A stretch of DNA of 64,000 bases. It comes from an uncultured Gammaproteobacteria bacterium (lineage in GTDB: Bacteria > Patescibacteriota > Patescibacteriia > Magasanikbacterales > JBBTXJ01). The notes beneath the pieces were generated by a model. That model ran no database searches and was not told where the DNA came from. It worked only from the letters and a program-made list of their open reading frames with translations. Position 1 is the first letter of the stretch. Every line of letters begins with the position of its first letter. This document shows positions 1 through 8,421 of the stretch, piece after piece. The position numbers and the translations under genes were made by a program. The DNA is taken from the NCBI GenBank assembly GCA_964610305.1, contig CAZSVL010000002.1:40522-104521 (forward strand), in the 5' to 3' direction.

Positions 1-1112
1 AAGCACGGGCAGTTTAGTTGGCTTCCAATGAGCCACATTACCCAGATGGATTTTTTCAAGGACATTTCTGCGAGCAATCTGCGTGGTAATCAAGGACGGA
101 TTACCCTGGTCAGGCTTGTATCGCTCGTTAATAGCGTTTGTAACAGCAGAAGGCACGCCGTGGAACGGCGAGTCTACTTGTTGCAGCAATTTCCACGCCT
201 GCTTAAAGGTTTTGAAGATAACCAGATCTGCCGGGCCAAGCTTTAGGAGCTTGTCCGCTGCTGGCTTGGAATCCTTCTCTTCCTTCTTTGGGGGAGTGGC
301 AGCTTGCTCCGCTGGGGCAGTCTGCTGCTCTTGAGGCTGCTCTTGTTCACCAAGGTAATCAGTGACAGCACGCGCGATTGCTTCATCAGTAAGAGCAACG
401 GTGGTGCCAGTATTTCTGCTAACCTGCACAATAACATCAAGCGGTTCCCAAAGTGCTTTTACTTTGGATCCATGACGTCTTACTACTTTCTTAGCAAAGA
501 GCTTTCCTGCGTACATGCTCATGCCAGAGGGAAGTGTTGCCGGGAAGGCAAGCGCGGCAAGTGCTGTAGTAATGCTGCTGGGAATGCCCGGGCCGTCAAA
601 GCCTCGCTCTTTCAGGAGAGTCCAGGCTTTCTTGTATGCTCCAAAAAGAGCAACTTGCAAGGAAGATAGTCCAATTTCTGGACGCGGCGCGGGCGGGGCG
701 GGAACAGAAGCTGTTTTTGCAGCTCCATTTGTTGCCTCTAGACCCGTGTGCTTTTTCAGCAGAGCAGCAATGGTTTGCTTGCTCAGATTTTTACTCGGTG
801 CTCCAGACACCTTGATCTTGTGCTTTACACCTTCTTTAATGGACCAGCTTTTAATACTTCCCTTGGTGCTTCTATCAATCAGTCCGTGGTTCCACAGCTC
901 CTCAATGGCAGCTTGGGCGCCAGGGATAGTTGGCTTGAACTGCTTGCACATGTCAACAAGAATTTGTGATGGAAGAGATTCAGTGGTTCCATCAATCTGC
1001 TTTGCTAGATTCCAGGCAGCCTTAGCGGCACTATAGAGTGCCTTGCGTGAAGAGCTGAGCGTTATTGAACCCGTACTGGTACTTTCAGTGTTTGCGTTTT
1101 CTGTACTCACAT
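1..1112 (-). CDS. hypothetical protein with three internal ~75-aa repeats (K-x-A-W-x-L-L ... G-[IV]-P-S, HhH-like). The C-terminal part runs off the window edge.
   Basis: Translating the minus strand from about 1112 (GTG 1110-1112, AGGAGG just upstream) gives an uninterrupted frame to position 1 with three clear internal repeats. It is absent from the ORF track because no stop lies inside the window. Confidence 0.5.
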
Positions 1113-1228
1113 AGCCTCCTGTGGCCAGCATCAAATTATGCTAAGTTGAGCCTTTTTTTGTCAATGAATGCGAGATTTTTTTTATCAAAAAACACGCTTT
1201 TGTATAGTAGCGCGCTTTGACTGCTCTG

Positions 1229-1705
1229 TCAAGCAGCAAGCAGTTTTTGCTGCAGGTCTTTTAATCTACTGTAAAAGCCCCTGGTGTGGATAGAATTAAG
1301 ACCTAATTTGCAATGGTCATAATGATGCATCCATTCGTGCAAGAGTGTATTGAGGAACGTTTTGGCTGCTAGAGTTTGTCCACGCACCGCCGTTTTATTG
1401 TTTATATAAATATATTTGCTACCCGGTTTGTAGTAGCCGTATTGCCTAAACACTACTCGGCCGCCACTTTTTTTATGATGTTGGTTTGCGCTAGAGATTT
1501 TTAAGTTCACAATGTCAATGCGAGCCATATCTGCCAGCTCATCAAGAAGCTCATCTCCTAAAAACTGCCTTTTTTCTGTGCTACGAGCTTCCATAAGTTG
1601 CGCGCATAAGTTTCTTGATCTTTTTGATATATGAAAGTCTACGGTGAGGACCGCATTGCTTTTTTCGTAGTTATTTTTAGGCCTTGAAAAGATTGCCATC
1701 ATCAT
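1229..1705 (-). CDS. SprT-like / DUF45-type zinc metallopeptidase (HExxH)
   Basis: LLHEWMHHYDH contains HExxH plus a downstream His, with GFYSRL after it. The start is placed at the MMM codons because the longer ORF would translate the CATACAA repeats. Confidence 0.5.
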   Translation of the reverse strand: MMMAIFSRPKNNYEKSNAVLTVDFHISKRSRNLCAQLMEARSTEKRQFLGDELLDELADMARIDIVNLKISSANQHHKKSGGRVVFRQYGYYKPGSKYIYINNKTAVRGQTLAAKTFLNTLLHEWMHHYDHCKLGLNSIHTRGFYSRLKDLQQKLLAA

Positions 1706-1709
1706 GCAG

Positions 1710-1799
1710 CATACAACATACAACATGCAACATACAATATAGCCATATCAAAATTGGCATGTGGTTGTATTATCTGTATTATTTGATGTATGTTGTATG
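1710..1799. repeat. heptamer iteron region: CATACAA x4 (1710-1737), short palindrome GCCA..TGGC, then inverted TTGTATG-like copies (1765-1799)
   Basis: Read directly in the divergent intergenic region between 1229-1705(-) and 1829(+). Confidence 0.6.
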
Positions 1800-1828
1800 A
1801 TGAATGTCTGTTGTAGAGGGAGGATATC

Positions 1829-2452
1829 ATGAATGTACGGGGATTGCGACCGCAAAGATGTGTGTATATGCTTTTTTCTGGCGATCAGGCACAGGTAGTG
1901 CCGTTTTTGACAGAAGATTCTTATGCAAAGAGCGTTTTTAGGCAGCCCGGCTGGGTGGCAGAGCTTGGTTTAACATCTTGCGGACACTACGTGAGGCTGT
2001 TTGGGAGTTTTGGAGGGCTTTTGTGTGCAGAGATGCTTGTTGGTGGGCCGCTAAAGTCAAAGATTATAGCAGCGGATAGTTGCGCTATGGCGGAATTTGA
2101 TAAGTTCCGCGCCGTCCAACTGGTTGCGCGTGATGAGTCATTTAACGTCGGCGAGCATCGGGTGGATGCAGACTTTGAGCTTTCCATTTTGAAAAGAATG
2201 AAGTTCTCGCCGTTAGAAGGCGTAAAGGTGACATCTGAAGGTGGCACGCTAGAGCTGGGCGGTTTGTGGGGTCGCTCTAAACTATCCGTGCAGGCAATAG
2301 AGGGCGGCATTGAGATTCAGAGCGTGCACGAATTTGCGCAAGAAGTAGAAGGAAAAGTGCGCAAGGTGATTCCGCTAACCACCAAAAGCAGATTTTTAAG
2401 TCAGCAGCTTAATACAGATACGGCGTTTGAGCAGTTAGCTCTAGTAGGATAA
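1829..2452 (+). CDS. hypothetical protein
   Basis: GGGAGG RBS 7 nt before ATG 1829. The ORF is clean and is followed by an intrinsic terminator. Confidence 0.5.
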   Translation: MNVRGLRPQRCVYMLFSGDQAQVVPFLTEDSYAKSVFRQPGWVAELGLTSCGHYVRLFGSFGGLLCAEMLVGGPLKSKIIAADSCAMAEFDKFRAVQLVARDESFNVGEHRVDADFELSILKRMKFSPLEGVKVTSEGGTLELGGLWGRSKLSVQAIEGGIEIQSVHEFAQEVEGKVRKVIPLTTKSRFLSQQLNTDTAFEQLALVG

Positions 2453-2484
2453 AAAAAGGGACCCACGTGGGTCCTGTTTTATTA
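2453..2484. terminator. bidirectional rho-independent terminator
   Basis: AAAAAAA then GGACCCAC/GTGGGTCC, a perfect 8-bp stem, then TGTTTTATT. Confidence 0.75.
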
Positions 2485-3063
2485 TGCACAGGGTTGTCTA
2501 GCGCTTAAACGTTATAGCGTTGGTGATCCTTTGCTTGATCGTTGCTTTTGGCCACTTGTTCATGGGGTCATAGAGGCCCACATAGAGGGCTGCGATTAGT
2601 ACAACTACGGGAGTTCCAATGAAGAGTCATGTAGTGCTAAGGATTTGCTCTACATCTTTTTTTAGATTCTCGTGGAGTGTTGCTTGTAGGTTGAGCGGCT
2701 GGAGATCTTCTGTGGTCGTCTTCTCGCGTGGAGCCCGGAGTCCAGAAAAACGTGCTCGCGCTTTTTTTGTTTGCCTTTGTATATTGTCCAGTACGGAACA
2801 CTCTATATAAGTGTCTGATGGTAGGCGCATCTAGTCTCTCTCCGATGGTTGAGGTTGATTCACTTACGGAGGTAGTATAGGGCAGAATGTTGTTATTGCA
2901 TACACTTGTTCGTCCTTGTCACGGGTTGTTGGTGATGGCCTTGGTGGGAATATCGCTTCGCGATACTGTCTTCGCTTGTTCAGGAAAAGGCAAGCAAGCT
3001 TTCCTTTTCCACTCTCTCCGCTCAGCCGGCGAACCCTTTGGGTTCGTAATCCCACCACTCTGC

Positions 3064-3095
3064 CAACAAAAATACTGCCGTTAGGCAGTTTTTTT
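3064..3095. terminator. bidirectional terminator just 3' of tmRNA
   Basis: CTGCC-GTTA-GGCAG hairpin flanked by A-run and T-run. On the minus strand it directly follows the tmRNA CCA end. Confidence 0.7.
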
Positions 3096-3498
3096 GTTGG
3101 TGGAGATGGTGGGAATCGAACCCACGTCTGGATACGGTCCGCTATCCATGGTTGTCACACGTTTAGCTTGTTGTGTTTTTAACCGCAGGGTAGAAACAAG
3201 CAAAATAATCTGCGGCGATTCCTTCTGCGTTTCGGTGGGGTGGTGAGGAAACCCAGCGCACCTACTCTCGGAGTTATTGCACCGCCGGCCCGCTACCGAG
3301 TGTTGCGGAGGCGATGGTTGTTGCTCTATTTAGGCTACAACGGTTGCTAGCTGTGGTACTGCAAAAAGATTTTTTACAGCGGCCTTAGCTCGCGTAACTA
3401 CATTTGCAAGTAGTATAGTGAATGAATTTATTTAACTCTGCTCATTCTCAGAGCACGTGCCACGGAGCGCTTTGCGCCCATCGAAGCCGATCATCCCC
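3096..3498 (-). ncRNA. ssrA: tmRNA (transfer-messenger RNA)
   Basis: Minus-strand 5' end GGGGATGATCGGCTTCGATGGGCGC and 3' end GGACCGTATCCAGACGTGGGTTCGATTCCCACCATCTCCACCA, a tRNA-Ala-like acceptor/T-arm. It lies immediately downstream of smpB. The candidate tag frame ends ...AVPQLATVVA-TAA. Confidence 0.8.
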
Positions 3499-3499
3499 A

Positions 3500-3943
3500 T
3501 TAGTTTCCTTTTAGAAGCCGTCTAGCCTCTCTGTCGGTGTCTCTTTTCTTTATGCTCTCACGTTTATCGTGAAGCTTCTTTCCCTTTGCTAGACCCAGTT
3601 GAATCTTAATAAGATTCCCCTTTATATAAACAGAAATTGGCACAATTGTCAAGCCCTGTTCATTCACTTTTCCTCTTAAATGTTCCACTTCTCTTTTGTG
3701 CAGGAGCAGTGGTCTTGTGCGCTCTGGATCATAAGATTTGTCTGCCGCAGGCGCGTAGGCATTAACATACATATTAAGAAGCACGGGCCCCTCTTGTGTG
3801 AAGGCGGCGTGCGCTCCTTTAAGTGAAACATTGCCCGCTTTTATAGATTTAACTTCTGCTCCGGTGAGGGCTATACCCGCTTCAATTACCTGCAGAATTT
3901 CGTAATCATGACGTGCCCGTTTGTTTGTTGCAAGATTTTTCAT
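3500..3943 (-). CDS. smpB: SsrA-binding protein SmpB
   Basis: MKNLATNKRARHDYEILQVIEAGIALTGAEVKSIKAGNVSL... is the canonical SmpB N-terminus, with TRPLLLHKREV near the C-terminus. Confidence 0.85.
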   Translation of the reverse strand: MKNLATNKRARHDYEILQVIEAGIALTGAEVKSIKAGNVSLKGAHAAFTQEGPVLLNMYVNAYAPAADKSYDPERTRPLLLHKREVEHLRGKVNEQGLTIVPISVYIKGNLIKIQLGLAKGKKLHDKRESIKKRDTDREARRLLKGN

Positions 3944-3956
3944 TATACTTATAGCA

Positions 3957-4982
3957 ATGAAACCGCATTTAATAACTATTAGCACCAAAACCATTCTTAA
4001 GATCGTGGTGACGGTGCTCTTGTTGTGGCTTCTCTATATTATACGCGATATTGTATTACTTTTTTTTGTCGCGGTGATTTTGGCTTCTTTGATAGAACCG
4101 TGGGCAGCGTGGTGGGAGCATCGGAAGGTTCCGCGGTCGCTTTCCATCTTGGCCATCTATGTTGTTTTAGTGGGAATTGCAGCTGCTGTGGTGGTTTTGC
4201 TCTTGCCGCCTATTGTACGCGAGGGTCAGGGGCTCGTCAAAAATTTAAATACGTATTGGGAGGCAACGGCCGGATCAATTGGGGATCTTCAGCACTTTAG
4301 CACTGATTTTAATATCTTAGAGAGGGCAAAAGGTCTGCTTTTGCCAAGCTCTGGCGCGGTAGGGAAAACACTGGGCGGCATTGTTGCCACGGTGAGTGGT
4401 GTTTTTGGCGGCGTATTTTCATTGCTTCTTGTGTTGGTGCTGGCATTTTATTTGGTAGTAGAAGAGGAGAGTGCTGGCCGATGGATACGGGCTTTTGCTC
4501 CAGATCACTATCAGCCTTTTTTAACGCGGCTTTTCAAAAAAATGCAGCGTAAGCTGGGAAGTTGGCTGAGGGCTCAGCTTATCTTAAGCTTAATCGTGGG
4601 AGTCTTTACCTACGTTGGCCTTACTATTTTAGGAGTTGAGTACGCCTTAGTGCTTGCCCTTATTGCCGCGGTGCTAGAGTTAGTGCCGTACGTTGGGCCG
4701 GTGCTCTCGGCGGTTCCGGCATTATTTTTGGCGTTTACTCAAACAGGAGGCTGGACATTGCCTCTTGCCGTGCTTGCGCTTTTTGTGGTTATTCAGCAAT
4801 TAGAAAATGATCTTTTGGTGCCGCGCGTAATGCAAAAGGCTGTGGGGCTCAATCCGGTGGTGAGTATTATGGCTATTTTAATTGGAGCTCGTCTTGCTGG
4901 TATTGTAGGAGCACTTTTGGCTATTCCTGTGGCCACCGTCATCTACGTATTTACTGAGCAGATGAGATCTGAGCGGGCATAA
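3957..4982 (+). CDS. AI-2E family transporter (PerM/YdiK-like, UPF0118)
   Basis: About 8 TM helices and conserved AI-2E blocks (LLLWLLY..., LIAAVLELVPYVGP, FLAFTQTGGW). The start M is chosen to avoid overlapping smpB. Confidence 0.6.
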   Translation: MKPHLITISTKTILKIVVTVLLLWLLYIIRDIVLLFFVAVILASLIEPWAAWWEHRKVPRSLSILAIYVVLVGIAAAVVVLLLPPIVREGQGLVKNLNTYWEATAGSIGDLQHFSTDFNILERAKGLLLPSSGAVGKTLGGIVATVSGVFGGVFSLLLVLVLAFYLVVEEESAGRWIRAFAPDHYQPFLTRLFKKMQRKLGSWLRAQLILSLIVGVFTYVGLTILGVEYALVLALIAAVLELVPYVGPVLSAVPALFLAFTQTGGWTLPLAVLALFVVIQQLENDLLVPRVMQKAVGLNPVVSIMAILIGARLAGIVGALLAIPVATVIYVFTEQMRSERA

Positions 4983-4984
4983 TT

Positions 4985-5494
4985 ATGAGACGCTACAAGC
5001 GGTTTGATGACGGTAAGGAGCGCACCCCAGTGCTTTTTTTTGTTGGTGCTTTTGCTCTTTTAACCGCTACACTTGCGCTAGTTTTTATAAAATTTAACTC
5101 AAGCCAGCCAAAAGAGCAGCCAGTGGTTGCGCGCCAGATTAAGATTGATCCGGTTTTAAAACCACTTACTCCCGCTCCTGCCGCGGCGCAATACGATAAA
5201 AAAATTAATGAGATAGTAACGGTACTCACAGAGGAGTTAAAAAAAATTTGGGGAACAAGAGAAGATCAGCAGTGGGAGCAACGGGTCAGAGAGAAAAGTA
5301 GCTCAGTAGAAGCTATAAGTTTTATTGAGGGTACAGAAAAAGAAGTTTTGGCGCAAAGAGTTCCCGCATTAAGAAAAGAAGCTCACTTAACACTTGTTGT
5401 GCAGCTCTCCTCGTTGCGCCAAGGCCTGCAAAAAGGTCAGATTGACACGGTAGAAGAAAATTTGGTTAAAATAGAACACACCTTAGAATTATGA
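4985..5494 (+). CDS. hypothetical membrane-anchored protein
   Basis: N-terminal TM helix. Its start is separated from the upstream stop by two bases. Confidence 0.45.
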   Translation: MRRYKRFDDGKERTPVLFFVGAFALLTATLALVFIKFNSSQPKEQPVVARQIKIDPVLKPLTPAPAAAQYDKKINEIVTVLTEELKKIWGTREDQQWEQRVREKSSSVEAISFIEGTEKEVLAQRVPALRKEAHLTLVVQLSSLRQGLQKGQIDTVEENLVKIEHTLEL

Positions 5495-6252
5495 GAGTAG
5501 AGCCCAAAGTAGTGATATTAAGTGCGCTAGCCGGCTTGTGCTTTATTTTGTTATCTGTAAGTAATGGCTGGTTTGGCACGCTTGTGTGGTCCTTGGTACT
5601 TCTTGCGGCGGGCTTTTTTGCGGCATATTGGGCTCCAGAACTAGAGCACAAACATGCCAACAGAGCCATGATAACTATCCCGATACTCTTTTTCCTTCTT
5701 GGTGGCGTATTACTTTTTGTTCTGGTTGAGCAGACGCTTGCCAGGAGACTAACAGCACTGCTTACAACGTTTGGTTTCTTTGTTGCGCTTACTGCTATTT
5801 ATGATAAACAGCTACCAGCGCAGCTTCATATAAGAAGACTTATTCCTACCATGAGAATGGCTTTATATGGAGGTCTTTATGCCCTTTTTTCTGCTGGTTT
5901 TGGCATTATGATATTTCTTAAGCTGCCTGTTTGGTTTTTTGCGCCTGTATTGTCCGCCCTGTGTGGTCTTGCGGTCTGGAGCTTGCTTATAATTGCCGAT
6001 TGTAGCAAACAAAGACTGCTTCCTTCTGTCTATGTTATATCGGTCTTGACATTTGAGCTGTTTTGGGTTATAACATTCCTGCCCCTGGCATATCCGGTTG
6101 CCGGATTTGTGTTGAGCAGTGCCGTTTATATTGCGGTGCAAGCCATAGCTCAGCACGGCGCAGGGGAAAGACTTAAAAAACGTGCGCGCTCCAGAATGAT
6201 AAGCGCAAGCCTAGCAACGGCTTTTGTTCTTGCAATAGCCCGTTGGATATAA
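5491..6252 (+). CDS. hypothetical polytopic membrane protein
   Basis: ATGA start/stop overlap with the upstream gene. About 7-8 TM segments. Confidence 0.5.
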   Translation: MRVEPKVVILSALAGLCFILLSVSNGWFGTLVWSLVLLAAGFFAAYWAPELEHKHANRAMITIPILFFLLGGVLLFVLVEQTLARRLTALLTTFGFFVALTAIYDKQLPAQLHIRRLIPTMRMALYGGLYALFSAGFGIMIFLKLPVWFFAPVLSALCGLAVWSLLIIADCSKQRLLPSVYVISVLTFELFWVITFLPLAYPVAGFVLSSAVYIAVQAIAQHGAGERLKKRARSRMISASLATAFVLAIARWI

Positions 6253-6254
6253 CT

Positions 6255-7358
6255 ATGAGTGCACCTCATTTGCCTCCAAAACAACCAAAAAGAAAATCAA
6301 ACATAGCGGGCTCTGTGCCCGCGCTTTTACTTTTGGTTTTTACGGGCCTTTTAGCCGGCGCTACAGCAGCTCTTATGGTGCTCTCTTATTATCCTGATAT
6401 TGTGGGATTCCGTTTTCCCTATGAGATTAATCAGCCGCAATTAAAAAGCACCCTTAAAACACCAAGTGATGCTGGCGTGCAGGCTCGCGTAACGCAGCAG
6501 TCTATCTTAAATATTTTTTCTGCCAGTGCGCGCGTTAGCCGTGGTGGTGTTTCTTGGTTACCAAAACAAAAAGCTTTGGGTCAAGCAGTGTTGCTTACGG
6601 AAGATGGGTGGGCTCTGAGCAGCGCAGCGGTTGGTTTGCGCAGTATTGATGTGATTGCAACAGACGATCAAGGAAGTGTGTATCCGGTAGAGAAAACCGT
6701 AGTAGATGCCCAAAGCGGTTTTGCTTTTATAAAAATTGATGTTGGAGGAATGAGTGCTGTTCCTCTCTCAACAAAAAATAACTTTTTTCCTGCTGACAAT
6801 GTTTTCTCTATCACCGATGGCGTCTTTTTCTCTCACACTCTTTTACCCAGTGTTTACGATTCAAACAGACCTCTGCGATCAGACAGCATAACAAGATTTC
6901 CGGCTTTGGGTGGTGCCGACTATCTGCCTGAAGGTGCGCCACTTTTTGCTCTTGACGGGTCTTTGGCTGGAGTAGTAAATACCAAAGCAGCTCAGGTTTC
7001 TATGGTGCCTATTTCCGCCGTGCGATCAGTGGTAAAAGATGTCATAGCGGGCGATGGTCTAGCAGACGCGCAAGCGTATATTTCCTACATTTCAATGCCC
7101 GATGTTGTTCCAGCGCAGTTAAGCGCACAGTCTCCGCGAGCAGGCGCCTACGTAGTGGGCGTTGGAAGGACATCTACGGCAGTGCCATTACCAGCGCTGA
7201 GAGTTTCTGATATAATAGTGGCAGTTAATGACGAGCCGGTGACCGGTAGAGCTGATTTAGCGCTGCTACTCTCTCGCATGAGACCGGCACAAGAGGTGCT
7301 TTTGTCTGTTTTTAGAGACGGGCAATATATACGCATCCCCATTATTGTCTCTGCATAA
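6255..7358 (+). CDS. membrane-anchored PDZ-domain protein with a degenerate HtrA/trypsin-like domain
   Basis: C-terminal PDZ (VAVNDEPVTGRADLALLLSRMRPAQEVLLSVFRDGQYIRIPI). The upstream region resembles the HtrA core, but the GNSGG Ser motif is replaced (EGAPLFALDGSLAGVV). Confidence 0.45.
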   Translation: MSAPHLPPKQPKRKSNIAGSVPALLLLVFTGLLAGATAALMVLSYYPDIVGFRFPYEINQPQLKSTLKTPSDAGVQARVTQQSILNIFSASARVSRGGVSWLPKQKALGQAVLLTEDGWALSSAAVGLRSIDVIATDDQGSVYPVEKTVVDAQSGFAFIKIDVGGMSAVPLSTKNNFFPADNVFSITDGVFFSHTLLPSVYDSNRPLRSDSITRFPALGGADYLPEGAPLFALDGSLAGVVNTKAAQVSMVPISAVRSVVKDVIAGDGLADAQAYISYISMPDVVPAQLSAQSPRAGAYVVGVGRTSTAVPLPALRVSDIIVAVNDEPVTGRADLALLLSRMRPAQEVLLSVFRDGQYIRIPIIVSA

Positions 7359-8010
7359 TATGATTCACTACGCAATGCACCTGGCGCGCAGTTGGCGAGC
7401 CATGGTGTTGGTGGGATTGCTAATCGCGGTTATCGCCGGCGGTCTTTCTATGGTATCTGAACTGCAGTATCGCGCTCAGACTCAGGTGTTTGTGCTACCT
7501 ACGGCAACAGCTGGCAGTGATCCTTTTACGCTCGTAAAAACCGCTGAGAGAATCGGCGATAATTTGTCTCATGTGGTAAACACCAGTTCTTTTTTTGAGC
7601 GTGTTATAGAGAGAACTAATGGAACGTTTTCTAAATCTGATTTTGGAAAAAATGATAGAGTAGCGCGCAAAGTATGGAGCAGGTCTATTTCTGTAACTCC
7701 GGTTGTGGGTACCGGCTTTGTGCAAGTTGCGGCTTTTGATGGGAACAAACGTAATGCTGCAATACTGGCTAGTGCTGTGGCTGGTGTTCTGGCAGAGCGA
7801 GGTGGAGAGTTTGTTCCGGGAGATGTCACTATTAAGGAGGTAGACGCGGTGGTGCTGTCGCGTTTTCCGGTTCGCCCCAACGTACCGCTGAACATGATTT
7901 TTGGCTTTTTAATTGGTGTTTTGGGCGTTTCTCTGGTTGAATTGTTTAGAAATCCACGTCATTCTCACGCAAGAGAGCTGACAGCGGTGGATTGGGTGAA
8001 GCATTTGTGA
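7345..8010 (+). CDS. Wzz/CapA-like polysaccharide chain-length-determinant family protein (short)
   Basis: Two TM helices at the ends. The C-terminal TM carries the Wzz-type P..P....G...G..G motif (RFPVRPNVPLNMIFGFLIGVLGVSL). The start may be a downstream M. Confidence 0.45.
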   Translation: MSLHNMIHYAMHLARSWRAMVLVGLLIAVIAGGLSMVSELQYRAQTQVFVLPTATAGSDPFTLVKTAERIGDNLSHVVNTSSFFERVIERTNGTFSKSDFGKNDRVARKVWSRSISVTPVVGTGFVQVAAFDGNKRNAAILASAVAGVLAERGGEFVPGDVTIKEVDAVVLSRFPVRPNVPLNMIFGFLIGVLGVSLVELFRNPRHSHARELTAVDWVKHL

Positions 8011-8013
8011 TTT

Positions 8014-8122
8014 AGTAACTCGTAACTCGTAACTAGTAATTAGTAACTGGTCATAATTGGCTAATTTTAGCCATTTTTTTATATTTTTCTTTCTAGTTAC
8101 CAGTTACCAGTTACAAGTTACA
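8014..8122. repeat. heptamer iteron region: NGTAACT x5 (8014-8048), palindrome TGGCTAA/TTAGCCA, then inverted AGTTACN x4 (8095-8122)
   Basis: Read directly. Same architecture as 1710-1799 and 12300-12363. Confidence 0.7.
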
Positions 8123-8131
8123 AAAAACAAC

Positions 8132-8160
8132 TTGACATTTTGGCCAAAATGTGCTATTAT
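8132..8160 (+). promoter_or_regulatory. sigma70-type promoter TTGACA-17-TGcTATTAT, with a 12-bp palindrome TTTTGGCCAAAA in the spacer
   Basis: Perfect -35, 17-nt spacer, extended -10. The TSS would lie about 255 nt upstream of ATG 8422. Confidence 0.65.
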
Positions 8161-8421
8161 ATGTAGCTACAAAACGTCTAATGCAGAACAAGTAAGATAT
8201 AGTTGCTGCGGAGAAAAAGGCAGTTTTGGAGTAGTATTGCTAGGAGGAAACGTATAGAGCAAGACAAGTAAGAAATAGTTGTTGCGATAGATACGAGAGA
8301 AACTAAGCAATATCGGTAGTTTTCTGCGCGCTACCTGTTTGGCAAGGTGTTGCCCAAACAGGTGGAAGCGCAGAGGTGCTCGCCATAACAATGTCCATAA
8401 AGCGCAGGAAGGAGAAAAACC

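Noticed and set aside
28-1036. Plus-strand ORFs 28-246, 83-334, 304-669, 515-1036 and 748-969 from the ORF track
   Set aside because: All lie antisense within the long minus-strand repeat-protein gene (1-1112). They have no RBS and low-complexity translations, so they are artefacts.
3030-3063. tRNA-like T-arm motif GGGTTCGTAATCCC upstream of the tmRNA terminator
   Set aside because: No matching acceptor stem or anticodon arm could be built within about 90 nt. It is likely a chance resemblance.
2485-3063. Small ORFs (2619-2810, 2627-2830, 2864-3058, 2887-3084, 2916-3182) in the roughly 580-bp gap before the tmRNA
   Set aside because: No RBS, mutually overlapping, basic or low-complexity translations. 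The region is left as unexplained non-coding sequence (possible sRNA, not supportable here).
8014-8122. Heptamer arrays as a CRISPR array
   Set aside because: The repeat unit is only 7 bp, with no spacers of 25-40 bp and no cas genes. The architecture is iteron/operator-like.
8057-8257. 66-aa ORF overlapping the heptamer arrays and promoter
   Set aside because: It spans the -35/-10 elements and the repeat arrays and has no RBS. The region is better explained as regulatory DNA. A 4-codon mini-ORF (MQNK) in the leader at 8181 was also considered and judged trivial.
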